Notes under the pieces: generated by a model
Databases searched by the model: none
What the model was told of the DNA's origin: nothing
Seen by the model: the letters and a program-made list of their open reading frames with translations, nothing else
DNA from: Camelus ferus
Taxonomy: Eukaryota
NCBI RefSeq assembly: GCF_009834535.1
Contig: NC_045697.1
Span: 19,284,001-19,348,000 of the forward strand
Length of the DNA stretch: 64,000 nt
Direction: 5' to 3'
Translations under genes and position numbers: made by a program
Part shown: piece after piece, positions 1-12,415 of the stretch
Layout: every line of letters begins with the position of its first letter
Numbering within the stretch: the first letter of the stretch is position 1

Positions 1-54
1 ACCCACAGGGGGTTTATAAGAACCCCTCATTCCCAAAATTATTGGATAAAGTCT

Positions 55-518
55 TGCAGATACTTGCAAAAATTGCATGCTCTACTTTCCGTGGGTCTCC
101 CCGATTGGAGTGTGACTTTGCAGCTTCTCTCATCAGTCGATGGGTCTGTTTCCATACCCTCTGGTTCTGGGCCGGCCTTGTGACATGCTTTGGCCAATAT
201 GATGTGGCCGAAATGACGTTGTACCAGTTCTGAGCCTGGGCAACAAGAAGTCTTGCAGCTTCTATTCCCACTGTGAGATCGTTGTCTGTCTCCATGGGAA
301 CAAACCTGGGTCAGTGTGCGGGAGGATGAGAGAGACGTGACCCCAGCCAACCACCGGCTGACAATCAGAGCCTTCTGATTTATTGGAAGGAAGCTGCCCA
401 CAGACACACAGCTGCACACAGCCCAGACTGTTGACCCGGAGACTTATGAGCCAAATAAATGGTGGTTGTTTTAAACCACTAAGTTCTGGTTGGTTTGTTA
501 TGCAGAAATAGATTCAGA
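55..518 (+). mobile_element. MaLR solo LTR (MLT1, G/H-like)
   Basis: Contains 'gtgacatgctttggccaatatgatgtggccgaaatgacg' and the MLT1 3' end 'aaataaatggtggttgttttaaaccactaagttctggttggtttgttatgcag'. Subfamily is from memory. Confidence 0.8.
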
Positions 519-1092
519 ATTCAATAATGGCATGCTTTGAAAAAGTCTTTTAATAGTCCTAGGTATAGAAATTGGAGTTATATATGGGTGACGCATAGAC
601 GATTTAGTGTTTGGCTGACTGGCTGTATCACTGCGGCCTCTTTGTCCATCTTCTTTGTTTCAGGGAAGAAGCAAGGACTTAATGCCCTACAATTCCTCAT
701 AGGGTTCTAGGGTATATTCAGCCCACCTGAGTGTATCAGAGCCACCTGAGTGAGATTTGGAAAGTGAAGGAGAAGACGAAGCTCTCGTCCTTGGGTGACT
801 GTGGGCAGAAGTGCGGGAGGAAGCTGGTATGAGGTTAGTAAGAGCTTCTGGTTGAGCTCCTAGGAATCGCCCCCATGAACCTGACACTTCTGAGTTGATG
901 ACTTCAAGCAGTGGCTTCCGCAGACCTTCCAAGGGCGTGTAAACCTCTGATGGCGGAGCTTTCCAAGTATATCAGAAGTGAGAATGTGGTGACCGTTATG
1001 ATAAGGGCACTTCCAGGGTAGCATGTGCCGGTCACGATGGCCCTGCACAACCAGACTCCAGATGAAAGTTTTACTTTGCTCCCTTTTAAAAA

Positions 1093-1240
1093 CAAGTGTT
1101 TACTAATTTATTATAAAGGACACAGTTCAGGAACAGCCAAATGGACGTGATGTGTATGGGAAGAGGGAGCTTCCATGCCCTGCCCGCCCCGCACGCCACC
1201 CTCCCAGCACCTGGATGTGTTCCCTAGACTGGAAGCTCCG
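1093..1240 (-). mobile_element. ERV LTR fragment (MER21-like)
   Basis: 'tttattataaaggacacagttcaggaacagccaaatgg...gagcttccatgccctg...ccaccctcccagcacctggatgtgttc' resembles the reverse complement of the MER21 LTR 3' part. Confidence 0.65.
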
Positions 1241-1254
1241 TTATTCCTTTTTAA

Positions 1255-1415
1255 CTCAGTGACCTAGGGAACTTCCTGGGCCTTTGGCCTCATTTCACTC
1301 AGATGTAAAATGGAAATGACATTTCTTATCCGGAAGGCTTGTTGTGAGGAATAGAAGTGGTCCCCGTGTGCAGATCTGTGGCACCTCATCACTCACTAAA
1401 TGGAAGTTGTCTATT
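1255..1415 (+). mobile_element. MIR SINE remnant
   Basis: Degenerate MIR core 'gcctcatttcactcagatgtaaaatggaaatgac...gttgtgaggaatag'. Confidence 0.6.
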
Positions 1416-2199
1416 AGTTCAGGCTGGGTCCGAATTTTCAATGAAAGGAGTCTGAATTGCTGAGTTGTACTCTTTCACGTGGCCCCATGCTACTCCCTTA
1501 GCTCTCCTCTCCCGTGTGACACATTTGTACATCTCAGGAAATTATCAGTAACTTTCTGAGCTCCTCTATTCGGTCCCCCCACCTCCACCGATCCCTGCAT
1601 CTGTGTCTGGCTTGCTCCTGTTGCAAAGATTGTTTTCTAGTAAGCACAAACACCTCCTCAGGTGAATTAGAACACAAGCGCCGTGGCATTTCCCAGGGAT
1701 TTGCCTTTGAAATCAACAAGCAAATCAAAGCATTTCTTTCCCCTGTAAGGATCTCGCCAGGGTTGTGTCAGAACTCGAAGACAAGGTGGGGCGGCGCAGG
1801 AAGGGAAAGAGCACCATCCGCTCTCACTCGCGAGTCCCACAAGGGACTGAGACTGCATTAAAGACAAAAAAGTCGAAAAACGGCGTCTGGTGTCTTGCTG
1901 TTCTTACTTGTTGTCTGTTTACTTGCAGGGAGGTGGCAGGGTGCAGTGGGCTCCTTGCACTCTTTTATGGAGGAAACTTCAACTGCAAACGAGAGGAAAC
2001 CCATCTTCCCAGAGATCTCCATGTGCGGTCCAAACGCACAGACCAAAGGCATGACATTTATTTGATTTTAACGATGCATATTAAGTTCCCCTGCATGTAA
2101 TAATTCATTTTAATATGAAAATTATATTACCCCCTGAATCTTTGTAGATCACAGGTGCTCCAGGAAGATGTGTGCACCGGGTTTTCTCCTCGAATGGTA

Positions 2200-2447
2200 C
2201 TACTGTAAAGAGAACGGACTCAGGACTCAGACAGACGCAGGTTTGCTTTCTGGACTCGCCGTTTTACAGCTGTGTGAACTGCGAAAAACAAATGAGTTTT
2301 TCTGAGCTGGTTATCTCATCCAAAAAAAGGGATAATTATATTTCTTTGGTGGGGTCGTTATGAGGGTGAAAATTAAATGAGCTAACGCACGTAACAGTCT
2401 AACAAAGTAGGTGATAGTACGTACACAGGAAACAGTAGCTCTTATTT
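2200..2447 (+). mobile_element. MIR SINE
   Basis: 'ggactcagacagacgcaggtt...agctgtgtgaact...tctgagctggttatctcatccaaaaaaagggataat...gttatgagggtgaaaattaaatgagctaa'. Confidence 0.75.
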
Positions 2448-2465
2448 TTATTGCTACTTACTCTT

Positions 2466-3166
2466 TTTTTGAATGCTTATTTTTTTATGGAAGTATAGCT
2501 GAATTACAATATTGTGTTAGTTTCAGGTATACAGCAAAGTGATTTGGTTATACATATATATGCATAGATTCTATTTTTTTCAACTCCTTTCCATTATAGT
2601 TTATTACAAAATATTGAATATAGTTCCCTGTGCTATACAGTAAAACCTGTTGTTTACCTATTTTATATACAGTAGTGTGTATCTGTTAATCCCACAATCC
2701 TAATTTACCCCTAATCTCCCTTCCCCTTTGGTTACCATAAATTTGATTTTGGTATTGATTTTTTATGTCTGTGAAGCCTGTTTCTGTTTTGAAAATAAGT
2801 TTATTTGTACTATTTTTTAGATTCCACATATAAGTGATAACATAATATTTGTCTTTCTTTGGCTGATTTCACTTAACGTGATAATCTCTAGGTCTATCCA
2901 TATTCCTGCAAATGGCATTATTTCTTTTTTATGGCTCAGTAATATTCTGCTGCATATGTATACCACATCTTCTTTATCATTCATCTGTTGATGGACATTT
3001 AGGTTGCTTCCATGTCTTGGCTGTTGTAAACAGTGCCGCCATGACCACTGGGGTGCATGTAACTTTTCCATTCAGCACTTTTGTTTTTTCTGGATACATT
3101 CCCAGGAATGGGATTGCTGAATCATATGGTAACTCTATTTTTAATTTTTTAAGGAACCCCCATACA
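2466..3166 (-). mobile_element. 5'-truncated LINE-1 (ORF2 C-terminus + 3'UTR)
   Basis: ORF 2817..3071(-) reads '...KKEIMPFAGIWIDLEIITLSEISQRKT', the L1 ORF2 end. T-rich tail on the left. 16-bp TSD attgctacttactctt (2450-2465) / attggtacttattctt (3167-3182), 14/16 identical. Confidence 0.95.
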
Positions 3167-3921
3167 ATTGGTACTTATTCTTAGAAGGAGGAAACTGAAG
3201 AAATGTTTCTCATCTTCTTGATGCTGGAAGACCACTTGACTTCAGTCTTAATCAAGGCTGAGATCTCAAAGTAGATGTTGTGAAATTTTGCTGATGTAGG
3301 GTTGAGGAAGGAGCCTGGACAAGCCAGAGAGAAGCAAATACACGTGTGTAAAGAATAGACTCCATTTGAACAGCGACTTTGATTTCCTTCAGTTGGTGTT
3401 TGCCAATGATCTGTTCCTGAATGACTTGCACATGTTTACGTGGGTCTAAACGTTGACTCAAAAAGTCACGAGCTTGGGGCCTCAGAGGATTTATGGTGCA
3501 GGGTACTGGCTGTTTCCATGCATTTGCTTCATCTTTCCTGCTTGATTTCTTTGCCTGAACAGACAAATTTCAGATGTCCAAAATGCCCTGTCAAGTCAGT
3601 CTGGTAGGATAAGAGTAGAAGATATTCACTAAGGTTTTGCCTCCTGGTTCCTTTTTTTGTTTTTGTTTTTACTATTTTCTTTTCTCTCTCGCTTTCTTTT
3701 TGGTCACAAGGGATTTATTGCCTCCAGGATAGGAGTGGGATGAAGGGGAGCATTAAGGCATCTCTGAATGGCTTTCAAACAAGCATCTGAAGGAATCTGA
3801 GAGCTAATGGTAGACACAATTGTCTGAATATCCTCCCAGGCTATGAGGAGCTTTGTCTTTTGGTTTTATTTTTGACAAAAGGTACTTTGTAGCCAGAGTT
3901 TGTCAGAAGCCTTAGAGTGAT

Positions 3922-4334
3922 GTGGTGGTTTTAAGGCCACGTCTTTAGATGGACTACAGCACGTTAGGTCAAAAAGAACAGAATTTGGCAGAAGTGATGA
4001 GATGTCGCTTGGAGAACAGCGTGTGGAAGGACAGAGGCTTTCGTCTTGGGAGCTGTTCCTCACTCTCTCTCGGAGGGCTTCCCCCCGGGAAGCCAGCCTC
4101 CACGTCACGTGAGGGAGCGTGGAAGCGCATTCTCCCCCAATCCAGCCTTGAGATGACTGCAGGCCAGACGGCGGAGGATGGACTACAATCTCAGGAGAGA
4201 CCTTGAGGCAGAGACACCTAGCTTCATCCTGTCCTGGTTCCTAAGCCACAAAAACTGCGAGATCATCAGTGTCTGTTCTGCTGAGCTATTAAGTTTTGGG
4301 ATCATTTGTTACATAGCAATAGATAACTAATAGA
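3922..4334 (+). mobile_element. MaLR solo LTR (MLT1E/F-like)
   Basis: 'cagccttgagatgactgcag...gagagaccttgaggcagagacacctagct' and the terminus 'aagttttgggatcatttgttacatagcaatagataactaata'. Confidence 0.85.
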
Positions 4335-4652
4335 CGTGGCTAGTGCATCATGATATAAAGTCAGTTTTTCTTTTGTAGAAGTGATAAAGATCTGATGGCT
4401 TGTTGGTGGTAACGGATGAACAGAGAGAATGTCACCGGGGTTAAGACAATGATGGACTTCCATCTGGGGACATGGACGAATGCCCCCTCCTCCTAGAGGG
4501 GTGGGGAGAAACCCTGCGTACGTCCGGGGGCTTCTGCACAGTAGAGAGGACTGCAGCCTTGCTTCCTGAGGAGACAGCAAACATCCTAAAGGAGAAAATA
4601 ACTGCTGCATTGAAACCACAAGAAGGAGAAGTAGCAGCCGGTGTGTCTAGGC

Positions 4653-4759
4653 CAGGGGCTGGCGAACTCGTTCTGTAAAGAGTCAGATAAGTATTCTTGC
4701 TCGTGGGCTGTTCATTCTCTGTCACAACAACTTAACTCTGCCCTTTAGCGTGAAAGCAG
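4653..4759. mobile_element. hAT-Charlie MITE fragment (MER58-like)
   Basis: 'caggggctggcgaactcgttctgtaaagagtcagataagtatt...ctctgtcacaacaacttaactctgccctttagcgtgaaagcag'. Confidence 0.75.
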
Positions 4760-4986
4760 GCAGCCTCCTGGACCTGGAAGGCGCCTCTGTGAGCAGAAGG
4801 GATGCAGGAGGAGCTGTGTGCGCTGGGGGGCAGAGGCGGCCTTGAACTTTCCAGCTACATCTGCAGACAGACGAAGCCGGGAGGGTGAAGATAAAAGGGG
4901 AATTTTACATTTCAACAAGTCAGCGGGGACAAATGCTAGTGACGAGCCAGGGATGTCTTCCCAGATTTTAATCCCTCCCTGGGGAG

Positions 4987-5024
4987 GTGTGTGTGTGTGC
5001 GTGTGTGCGTGTGTGCGTGTGTGC
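4987..5024. repeat. (GT)n/(GC) imperfect microsatellite
   Basis: Directly visible. Confidence 0.95.
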
Positions 5025-5347
5025 ACGTGAGTCTACAGGGACAGTAGCCTCAATGGACTGAGTTCAAACTCCAAGGTCACTGAGTTTCCTTGAATAGGCA
5101 CATTTTTCCCCTCCATCAGAGGTAAATGGATTCTTGAGAACTAAGGGTGTGTCAGGGAGCAATGAAAAAGGAGACATTTCTGCACCCCCAAGCACTGTGA
5201 TTATGCAGCACGGGTGTGTGCTCTCTGTATATAAATAGCTATAAAAATAGTATTAGGAGATCCAGGTTTGGGAGCTGGGGGAAAACCACAAGTTCAGAGC
5301 ACCTGAGCAGAGATAGCATTTCCTGCTGCTCTTGGCTGACTCTAGAT

Positions 5348-6736
5348 TTGGGCCAGCTACAGAATTTGCAGGGGCCATTGCAAAAGGAAAATGTACGTCC
5401 TTTTCTTCAAAAAGCAGGAAAAAAAGTGCTGTTCAAGGTGGTACCATACAAAGCTTTTTCCTTTCTTCTGCGGTCTCTTTTTTAACTTGTCGTGCCGTTC
5501 TATATTTGCTCTTTGATGTTGTTATAAGAAAAATTAAAAATTTAATTATTAATAAGACTTCTGTTCATCTTTATGTTGTGCAATGCCTCTTTTAAATACA
5601 AACACAAGAGCATTTAATTCATATAATCACCGAAATTACATAACTCATGCTTTGCAGCTTGAACATGCATATAGACTTCGTTCTTACCAGAATGAACAAA
5701 TCCAGCTGTTTTAAATTTCCCCTCTCAATCCATGCACTGCCCACCCAAACGCGCTCGCTTTGGCTGCGATGAGCCAGGAAGGACTGAAAGGCAAAGGGAC
5801 TATGAGTTGCTTACCTTTCTGGGCCATCATTTTCCGCCTGTGTGGTTGGCTGGCAAAGAGAGTAATATGGGACGAGGGGTGTGGTGGCTTCTGATTTCCT
5901 GTGCTAGGGCTGCTGTAACAAAGGATCACAAATGGAGGAGCTTAAAACCCAGAAATTTATCATCTCACAGTTCTGGAGGGAGAAGCCTGAGATCAAGGTG
6001 TTGGCAGGGTCCCCTCCCTCTGGAGGCTCCACTCCTCCAGATCTCTCTGCCGGCTTCTGCCAGTCCCTTGGCTTGTGGCATCACATCTCCAGTCTTCGCA
6101 AGCCGTTTTCCCTGCGTGCCTGTCAGCGTATCAATTTCCCCTTTGTATAGAGATACCAGTCATGCTGGCTAGGGCCCACCCTACTCCAGTATGACCTCAT
6201 TTTAACGAATTACCTCTGCAGTGACCCTATTTCCAAATAAGGTCACATTCTGAGGGACTGGGGGTTAGGATTGCAGCACATGAACTTGGAGGATGTGACT
6301 CAACCCATCGCAGCTTCCTTGGTTGTTACTGTTTCTTAGAACTCATTGCCTTATTTGGAGCAAGTTCTGGTTTGAACAGAAAGCATGGCCCCCATGGGGC
6401 TGTCAGCGCCCCACCCCCCCATTCATTCAGTCCTAGATGTGCCTTGCTGAAGTCCCCACATCACGGGCCACCCGCATTCTGTGCTTGTGGGGAGCACCAA
6501 CACTGTCTGGGAATGTGGCGGCAAGACACAGAGGCAGACATGCATGGTGTGTCTGTCTCCTCTGCTCTGTGCACATTCCATTTTCCCATCGGACTCCGCT
6601 TACAAAACCCAAGTTCAAAGATAAAATTATTAAGCATCTAAAGACGGCAGCAGCCGAGCATTAAACCGAACCTGGGGCTCTTTGAGCCCAGGGCACTGTG
6701 GACTGCATGGGTGGCAACCCCACAAAGCCAGCGCTC
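5348..6736 (-). mobile_element. hAT-Tip100 DNA transposon (MER45B-like), split by an LTR
   Basis: Left end 'gggccagctacagaatttgcaggggccattgcaaaaggaaaatg' and right end 'attattaagcatctaaagacggcagcagccgagcattaaaccgaacc...aagccagcgct' match both MER45 termini. Confidence 0.8.
5892..6312 (-). mobile_element. MaLR solo LTR (MLT1A/B/C-like) inserted in the MER45
   Basis: TG...CA termini and a perfect 5-bp TSD gcttc (5887-5891 / 6313-6317). Diagnostic 'ctagggctgctgtaacaaag...ctcacagttctggagg...tatttccaaataaggtcacattctgagg'. Confidence 0.92.
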
Positions 6737-7378
6737 TGTGAACCACAGCCCTGATCCCTTACCTGAGCTCCATCCCCTGTACTACAGATCCTTAGAAGCT
6801 TGTTGGTGAGCAAATCCAACCACAATTCCTGCAGGGCAAGGAGGTTAAGTGCCTATCCCAAGATTTCCAATGAGAATAGGCGGGACTGGAGCCCCGGTGC
6901 CAGGTCCCTGGGCTGTTGCTGATGGTTCTCCATCCATCACTTTGCCACCTGCTTCTCAGCAACCCCCTTTGCTAAGAGTTAGTTAGATCAGTGTGAAGCC
7001 CAGGGCACAGAGGGTTCTCCAGGGTTCAATGATCCCCAAGACATTGCATAACACTCCTTGGATGTGTGTGTCTAGAGGACTGAACTGCTTTACCTTTTTA
7101 GATGGAAATGCAGACACATGGTGGTGAAACGGCAGCTGTTTCCTATCTAAGTAGAGTTCAGGGCAATGGGCACATCTGAGATGTTAGAAGGACTGAATTT
7201 TCCCCTTCACTACTCAGTGAAAATCTTTGAATTTGAGGTGCGGGGCTGGGGAGTGGGGAAGCCGGAAGGCGGCCTTATTACACTGTTGGAACACAATACT
7301 TAGATCTGGCCTAAGGCAAAAATGCTCCAATGATGGAATTGACTTTCAGGGTCCCTGGACATTTCCTGGCCTTCTTCT

Positions 7379-7730
7379 TGTCTCAGTTAATTTTTGCTGC
7401 ATAACAAACCACCCCAAACTTAGTGGCCTAAAAGAACAGCCAGCCACTTAGCTCAGGAGCCCACAGGGAGTTTGGATCGGGCTCCGCAGGCCGGTTCTGG
7501 TCTGACCCATCTTGCTCGGGCATTTGTGGGCTGGGGCTTACTGGCTTGTGAAGGACTAGAGTAGCTTCTGACCGTGTCATGCCACCTCCTCGACACATTC
7601 TAGAATGAGTCTGCCACATTCGATTGATCAAAGCAGGTCACAGGCCAGCTCAGATTCAAGAAGTCGAGAAATTGATTCTACTTTGTGGGAGGAGCTACAA
7701 AGCATGGTGGCCACTGGGTGGTCTACCCCA
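7379..7730 (-). mobile_element. MaLR solo LTR (old MLT1)
   Basis: 'ttgctgcataacaaaccaccccaaacttagtggcctaaaag...aagcaggtcacaggccagctcagattcaag'. Confidence 0.8.
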
Positions 7731-7984
7731 TTACCTCTCGGCATCTCATGCCTTCCACCCAGGCCTGCTCAAATTCACCTGTCCTGGGTCTCACTCCTTT
7801 TTTAATCTTCCCCCTGGTTATTCCAGGGCTCTGTATTTGAGACCTTTTGTGGGAAAGAGCTAGTTTATTTTAGAATTATTTGTACTAGATAATAAGTAAC
7901 AGAAGTGGGAACACCGAGGGGTTACACTGAGGCCTTTCTTGTAGTAGAAGTTCTGGGCTTTTTGGAAAACTGGGTGTTAGATCA

Positions 7985-8190
7985 AGTCTGTCTCAAACTT
8001 CCACGATCATAAGAATTACCTGGGGAGCTTATTGAAAATGCAGATCCCTGGATCCCATCAGAGATGTCCTAAATCCACATTTTCTGGGAGGAGCTTAGGA
8101 GCCTGTATATTTTCAAGCTTCCTGGGTGGTTTTCTGTTTTTGTTTTTGTTTTTGTTTTTGTTTTTAATAACCAGGTTTTGGAAACACAGC
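7985..8190. mobile_element. MER5-family hAT MITE
   Basis: 'cataagaattacctggggagcttattgaaaatgcagatccctgg...ttttggaaacacag', with an internal (GTTTTT)n run. Confidence 0.7.
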
Positions 8191-8244
8191 CTTCTCACAA
8201 AAGCATAAGAAGCATCTTGGCAGGAGGCAGGGGAGGTGTTTGAC

Positions 8245-8350
8245 TCCTAGGCCCTTGTCGGGATAGACTGTGCCTGATTTAGTTCTCGGTCCCCACAGTG
8301 TCTGGCACCTCTGATGTACTTGAGAATCTTTCCATGTTTAATTGAACTGA
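8245..8350 (+). mobile_element. L2 3' end remnant
   Basis: 'gactgtgcctgatttagttctcggtccccacagtgtctggcac...gtttaattgaactga'. Confidence 0.5.
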
Positions 8351-8364
8351 GTGGAGCCATGATT

Positions 8365-8535
8365 CTCACGTGGGTTGTGTTCCAGAAGCATCGTTTTCTT
8401 GAGAACACGTTAGGAATGCAAATTTCCACCTCACTCTGAGCGCACTGAACCAGAGACTCTCGGGTGGGGGCAACAGGCTGCTTTATCCAGCTCTCCAGGT
8501 GGTTCCGATGCTCCCTCAAGCGTGAGAGCTGCCAG
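8365..8535. mobile_element. MER5A hAT MITE
   Basis: 'gttaggaatgcaaattt...actgaaccagagactctcgggtgggg...ctccaggtggttccgatgctccctcaagcgtgagag'. Confidence 0.75.
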
Positions 8536-9008
8536 GTCAGAGCTGTTACATACCTGTGAGTAGGGACCCTGGGCATCTGCACACGTGAGTGAAGAGGGCC
8601 CACCCAGGCCTTGGTCCCCATCAGGCCTGACCCACCTGCCCTCCATCAGTCAGTGTCTTCCTGGGGCTCCGGAGCTCTTTGAGCGGGCCCGTCCTTGGGA
8701 CCATCCTCACCTGAGCTAACATGTTCGCAATTTGCTGAAATTCTTTCTTCTGCGTTCTGGACGGGGCCTCTGGCCCTGCTTGTCAGGCAAGGTCTCTGTG
8801 CTGATAGAAAAATGAGAGTTCCTGCTGAGCAAACAGCTTTTAAGTTGGGGTCAAGATTTTCTCCCCCATTCCTGAGCAGCTTTTAAAATCCCATGCCTTG
8901 GGTGGAGCACTGAGGGTTAGGAATTAAAAAGGAATTGGCCCGAGGGGGTCACCATTCCTGCAGAGTTTCAGATGCACACTGAATGATTAAAGCAGGTATA
9001 CACAGCAT

Positions 9009-9070
9009 CTCTCTCTCTCTCTCTCCCCCTCTCTCTCCCCCTCTTTCTCTCTCACTCTCTCTCTCACTCA

Positions 9071-9107
<37 letters not shown>
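9009..9107. repeat. Compound (CT)n(CA)n microsatellite
   Basis: Directly visible. Confidence 0.95.
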
Positions 9108-9108
<1 letters not shown>

Positions 9109-10329
9109 AACCAGAGTATCATGTTCCTTGAAGCCAGGTTCTGCTTTATCATGGTTTCCTAGACAGCCTTCAGCAAAATGGAACACAGTAAGTCCTCATC
9201 AGCCCAACTGGCCACTGGAGATTTTGTTTCCTGAGCCAGATGTCCCCTGGGAGGCCGGGAAGACTAAAGAAGTGGGAAGGGCTTTGGTGGTCTGACTTCT
9301 AGCCCCAGATTCACCCCAAATCTTGAACACATTGCTTCATCTCCCTGCGATGCAGCTCCTTAGCTGTAAAATCAGATCTATATTTAGATTTTTCCCTTTC
9401 CCTAAAACAGTTTTGAAGATACTCATAAATAGAAGGGCATGTAAAACAGCAGTTAGAAACACATAAACAGAATTCAGGAATTCCTTAGGAGAACTGAACC
9501 GAGATTAGCAGTAAGCGCCTGGAAAGGGAAAATCCGAATAATAAATTAGAGTCTGAGAGTTCGGACAGCCCGGGAGGCCCGGAAGAGGCAGAACCACAAG
9601 TTCTTTGTCGCACGATCAGGTAAAAGAAAGAGGTGGATGAGCGTGGGTCCGGAGCGCAGGTGGGCTTGGGTGGCCCATGAAAGGAGGAGGGGACACCAGA
9701 GCCGGGTTAAAGCTCCTCTCCAGCCCCCATCGCTTCTGGCTGCTTCCCTGACACCAGCGCCCCGGAGCCCGGAGCCCGAGCACACGGCGGCTCTCCTTGG
9801 CTTTAGCGTGGTTTACAGCTTCCTGGGGGGCGTGCAGCCGTCGGGTGATGTCTAGTTCTGACCCTGGAATTGTCCCCGGAATGCATTCTGTTGAGGGGGG
9901 TGTCTGTTTTCAGATGGGGTTTCAAACGGGAAGTGACTCTTTCAGCTCGAAGAAGCACAAAACATCCCGCCCTTTGCTGGCGGTGCACGTGAACAGCGGA
10001 CAGACGCTGCTGGTGGGCCGCCGCACAGGGCAAGCAGCCCGTGGTGTGCGGCCCGTCTGGGGCGGGCCGACAGTAATGAGGCCCCTCCACCCTTCACGCT
10101 CTGCTAACAGACGTCTCTGGAAGGGTCCCTGCAGCTCCCAGACAGACTGTGAAGCTGTAGGAAGAACAGTGTGGTATCAGGACAGAGCTGGCAAAGGATC
10201 AGAGTCCAGGACACACTCCATGTGTATCTGGCTGGTGCTGCAGCTCAGTGGAAAAAAAACACCACCATTCAATTAACATTATTTGTTTATGGGTAATTGT
10301 TTATACCATGGGGAAAAATACATCCTTAG

Positions 10330-11490
10330 AATCATGTGGGTTAAGACCCTCACTGTGGAAAGACTTAAACATATAAATCTAAAAAATTTCATAAGGAAAT
10401 AAGACATCTTTATGAACTTGAAGGAGAAAAGAATTTCATGATGCTCCATCCTCAGAAACCACACCAAAAATTGAAAAATTCAATTTGCATCAAAACAAAA
10501 ATGTTTCTGTCCACCCAAAAAATACCTTTAAGAAAAGTTAGGCAGAAATAAAGAATACCCAGCATACATAAAGCATTTCTCTAAATCAAAGAGAAAAAGA
10601 CACACAAGTGAGTAAAAGTGGGCAAAATAGTTAAAATACATTTTACTGAAGTGGAAACACCAATTGCCAATAAACACATGAAAATAAGCTTAACTTCATT
10701 ATTAATGAAGGAAATACAAATTAAAACTAAAATGAGATGCTGTTTCAGATTGGCAAAAATTAAAAGTCTGATAGGACCAAGTTTTGTTAGGATGTGGCGT
10801 GATGGGACCTCTTATCCACGGCTGTTGGAAATCGGCAACAGTAAAGTTAAAGACACGTAAATGCTATTGCTCAGAAGGATACTTCTCAACATATACCTGA
10901 AATGAATCAATATATACACATATACATGCCTACATCTATATGCACACACATATATACACATGCAGGTATACACACATATACACACGTGTACCTATATATG
11001 CCCACACACCTGCACATACACACATACATTAGAAGACATGAAAAATAACGGTCATAGAAGTATTGTTTATAATAGTAAAATATTGACAACTTCACAGTGT
11101 CCATCCAGAGGAGAAATAAATTGTGTCATATCTGTAATGGAATTCACATAGCAGTGAAAAGGAATGAACTGGAGCTACAGGAATCAATATGGATTAATTC
11201 CACAAACATAACATTGATCAAAAGAAAGCAATTTGCAAATGAATATTTGCAGTATGATATCTACATGAACGTTCAATACCTGTCACAATTCTATTAATTG
11301 AACAGGGATATGTATATACATGGAGAGGAAAGAAGAAATGCAAATAAATGAAAAACCTGGAAAATCTATACAGAGGTTCCTCCCAGGTAGAAAGAAGGGA
11401 GGGGTGGAATCTTGGGGAGGATCCTATTAAGGGGCATGTTGGCAACGAATTCTTCTTTTAAGCTGGGTGGTGAGTTGTTAACTCTTCATG
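10330..11490 (+). mobile_element. Old LINE-1 (L1ME/MC-like) ORF2 end + 3'UTR
   Basis: ORF 10618..10860 'IANKHMKISLTSLLMKEIQIKTKMR' is decayed L1 ORF2 (cf. [25 protein letters not shown]). Also 'gcagtgaaaaggaatgaactggagctac'. Internal TA/CA low-complexity run at ~10910-11030. Confidence 0.88.
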
Positions 11491-11544
11491 CTGTTTGTGT
11501 CTCAAGCGTTAATAATAAAAAGTCATAGCCCTGTTAGTTATGGA

Positions 11545-12035
11545 CCCAACCATGTATCCTTCCCCAGGGGTGAATCAGGATTGATCTAATCCAGGCATGG
11601 CCATTCCATTTCCCTTTGCCAGATAGTCACTTTTCCTGAATACTCAGATTCTCCCTTAGGTATGGGACTGGGCACATGACCTATGAGGAAGTCAGTTGTG
11701 GGGCATGGTTCTGGAAAGTTCCTCTTTTCTGATGCAAGAATCCTTTCAGCCTGCACCTCTCCTTCCCTTCATGGACCACTGATGAGGGTGAGATGTCTGC
11801 TACTGCACCAGCCATCATCGTGGGGTGACAAGCACCAGGGCGGAAGACCAGTGCTCTGAGGATGGTAAGGGAAGAGTTGTCAGAGTTGGACTATCTGATG
11901 ACGTTAATTGAGCCACGGAATGACCCCTGGAACCATCTAGAGCCCACAGACTGTGAAATAAACAATAATTGTCTTCATGGCTCAAGCTGCTGGTGATCTG
12001 GCTTTCTGTTACTTGTGGAAAAACCTTCTTGATAT
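11545..12035 (+). mobile_element. MaLR solo LTR (MLT1K/L-like)
   Basis: 'ccattccatttccctttgccag...gggcacatgacc...tgaaataaacaataattgtcttcatggctcaagc...ttttctgttacttgt'-like layout. Confidence 0.7.
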
Positions 12036-12139
12036 AAAACCCAGTGAATCCTTTTCCTTTTAACCTCAGTGTTGGGCTTGCCACTCTATGAAAACACTAA
12101 GCACTTTCCGTCCTTCAAATCTCTACTCTTTCTTCCACG

Positions 12140-12415
12140 TTCAGGGCCCCTTGTGTCCTGGTGAACTCCTCAGCCCGAAAAGCTCTTCTGAAACGTGTTC
12201 TCTGTAACGCTTTCCCAGAGAGCCCAAGTTAACAGCAATCTTCCTTCTCTGTGACCCCAGCACTCTCTCTCTATATGTTATCCTCACCACGTGTGGCTGC
12301 ACGTTCCACGAGTCCCTTAAGGCAGGACTATGGAGTCCTCATCTCTGTGTCTCCAGTGGCTGACAGTTCCAGGTACAGCAGAGGGACCCAACAGAGGCTG
12401 GGTAGAATGAATGAT
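12140..12415 (+). mobile_element. L2 3' end
   Basis: 'cccttaaggcaggactatgg...catctctgtgtctccagtggctgacagttccaggtacagcag...gtagaatgaatga'. Confidence 0.7.

Noticed and set aside
9797..10276. 159-aa ORF in a mildly CpG-rich region
   Set aside because: Non-ATG start, no recognisable domain or exon structure; typical of GC-rich non-coding DNA.
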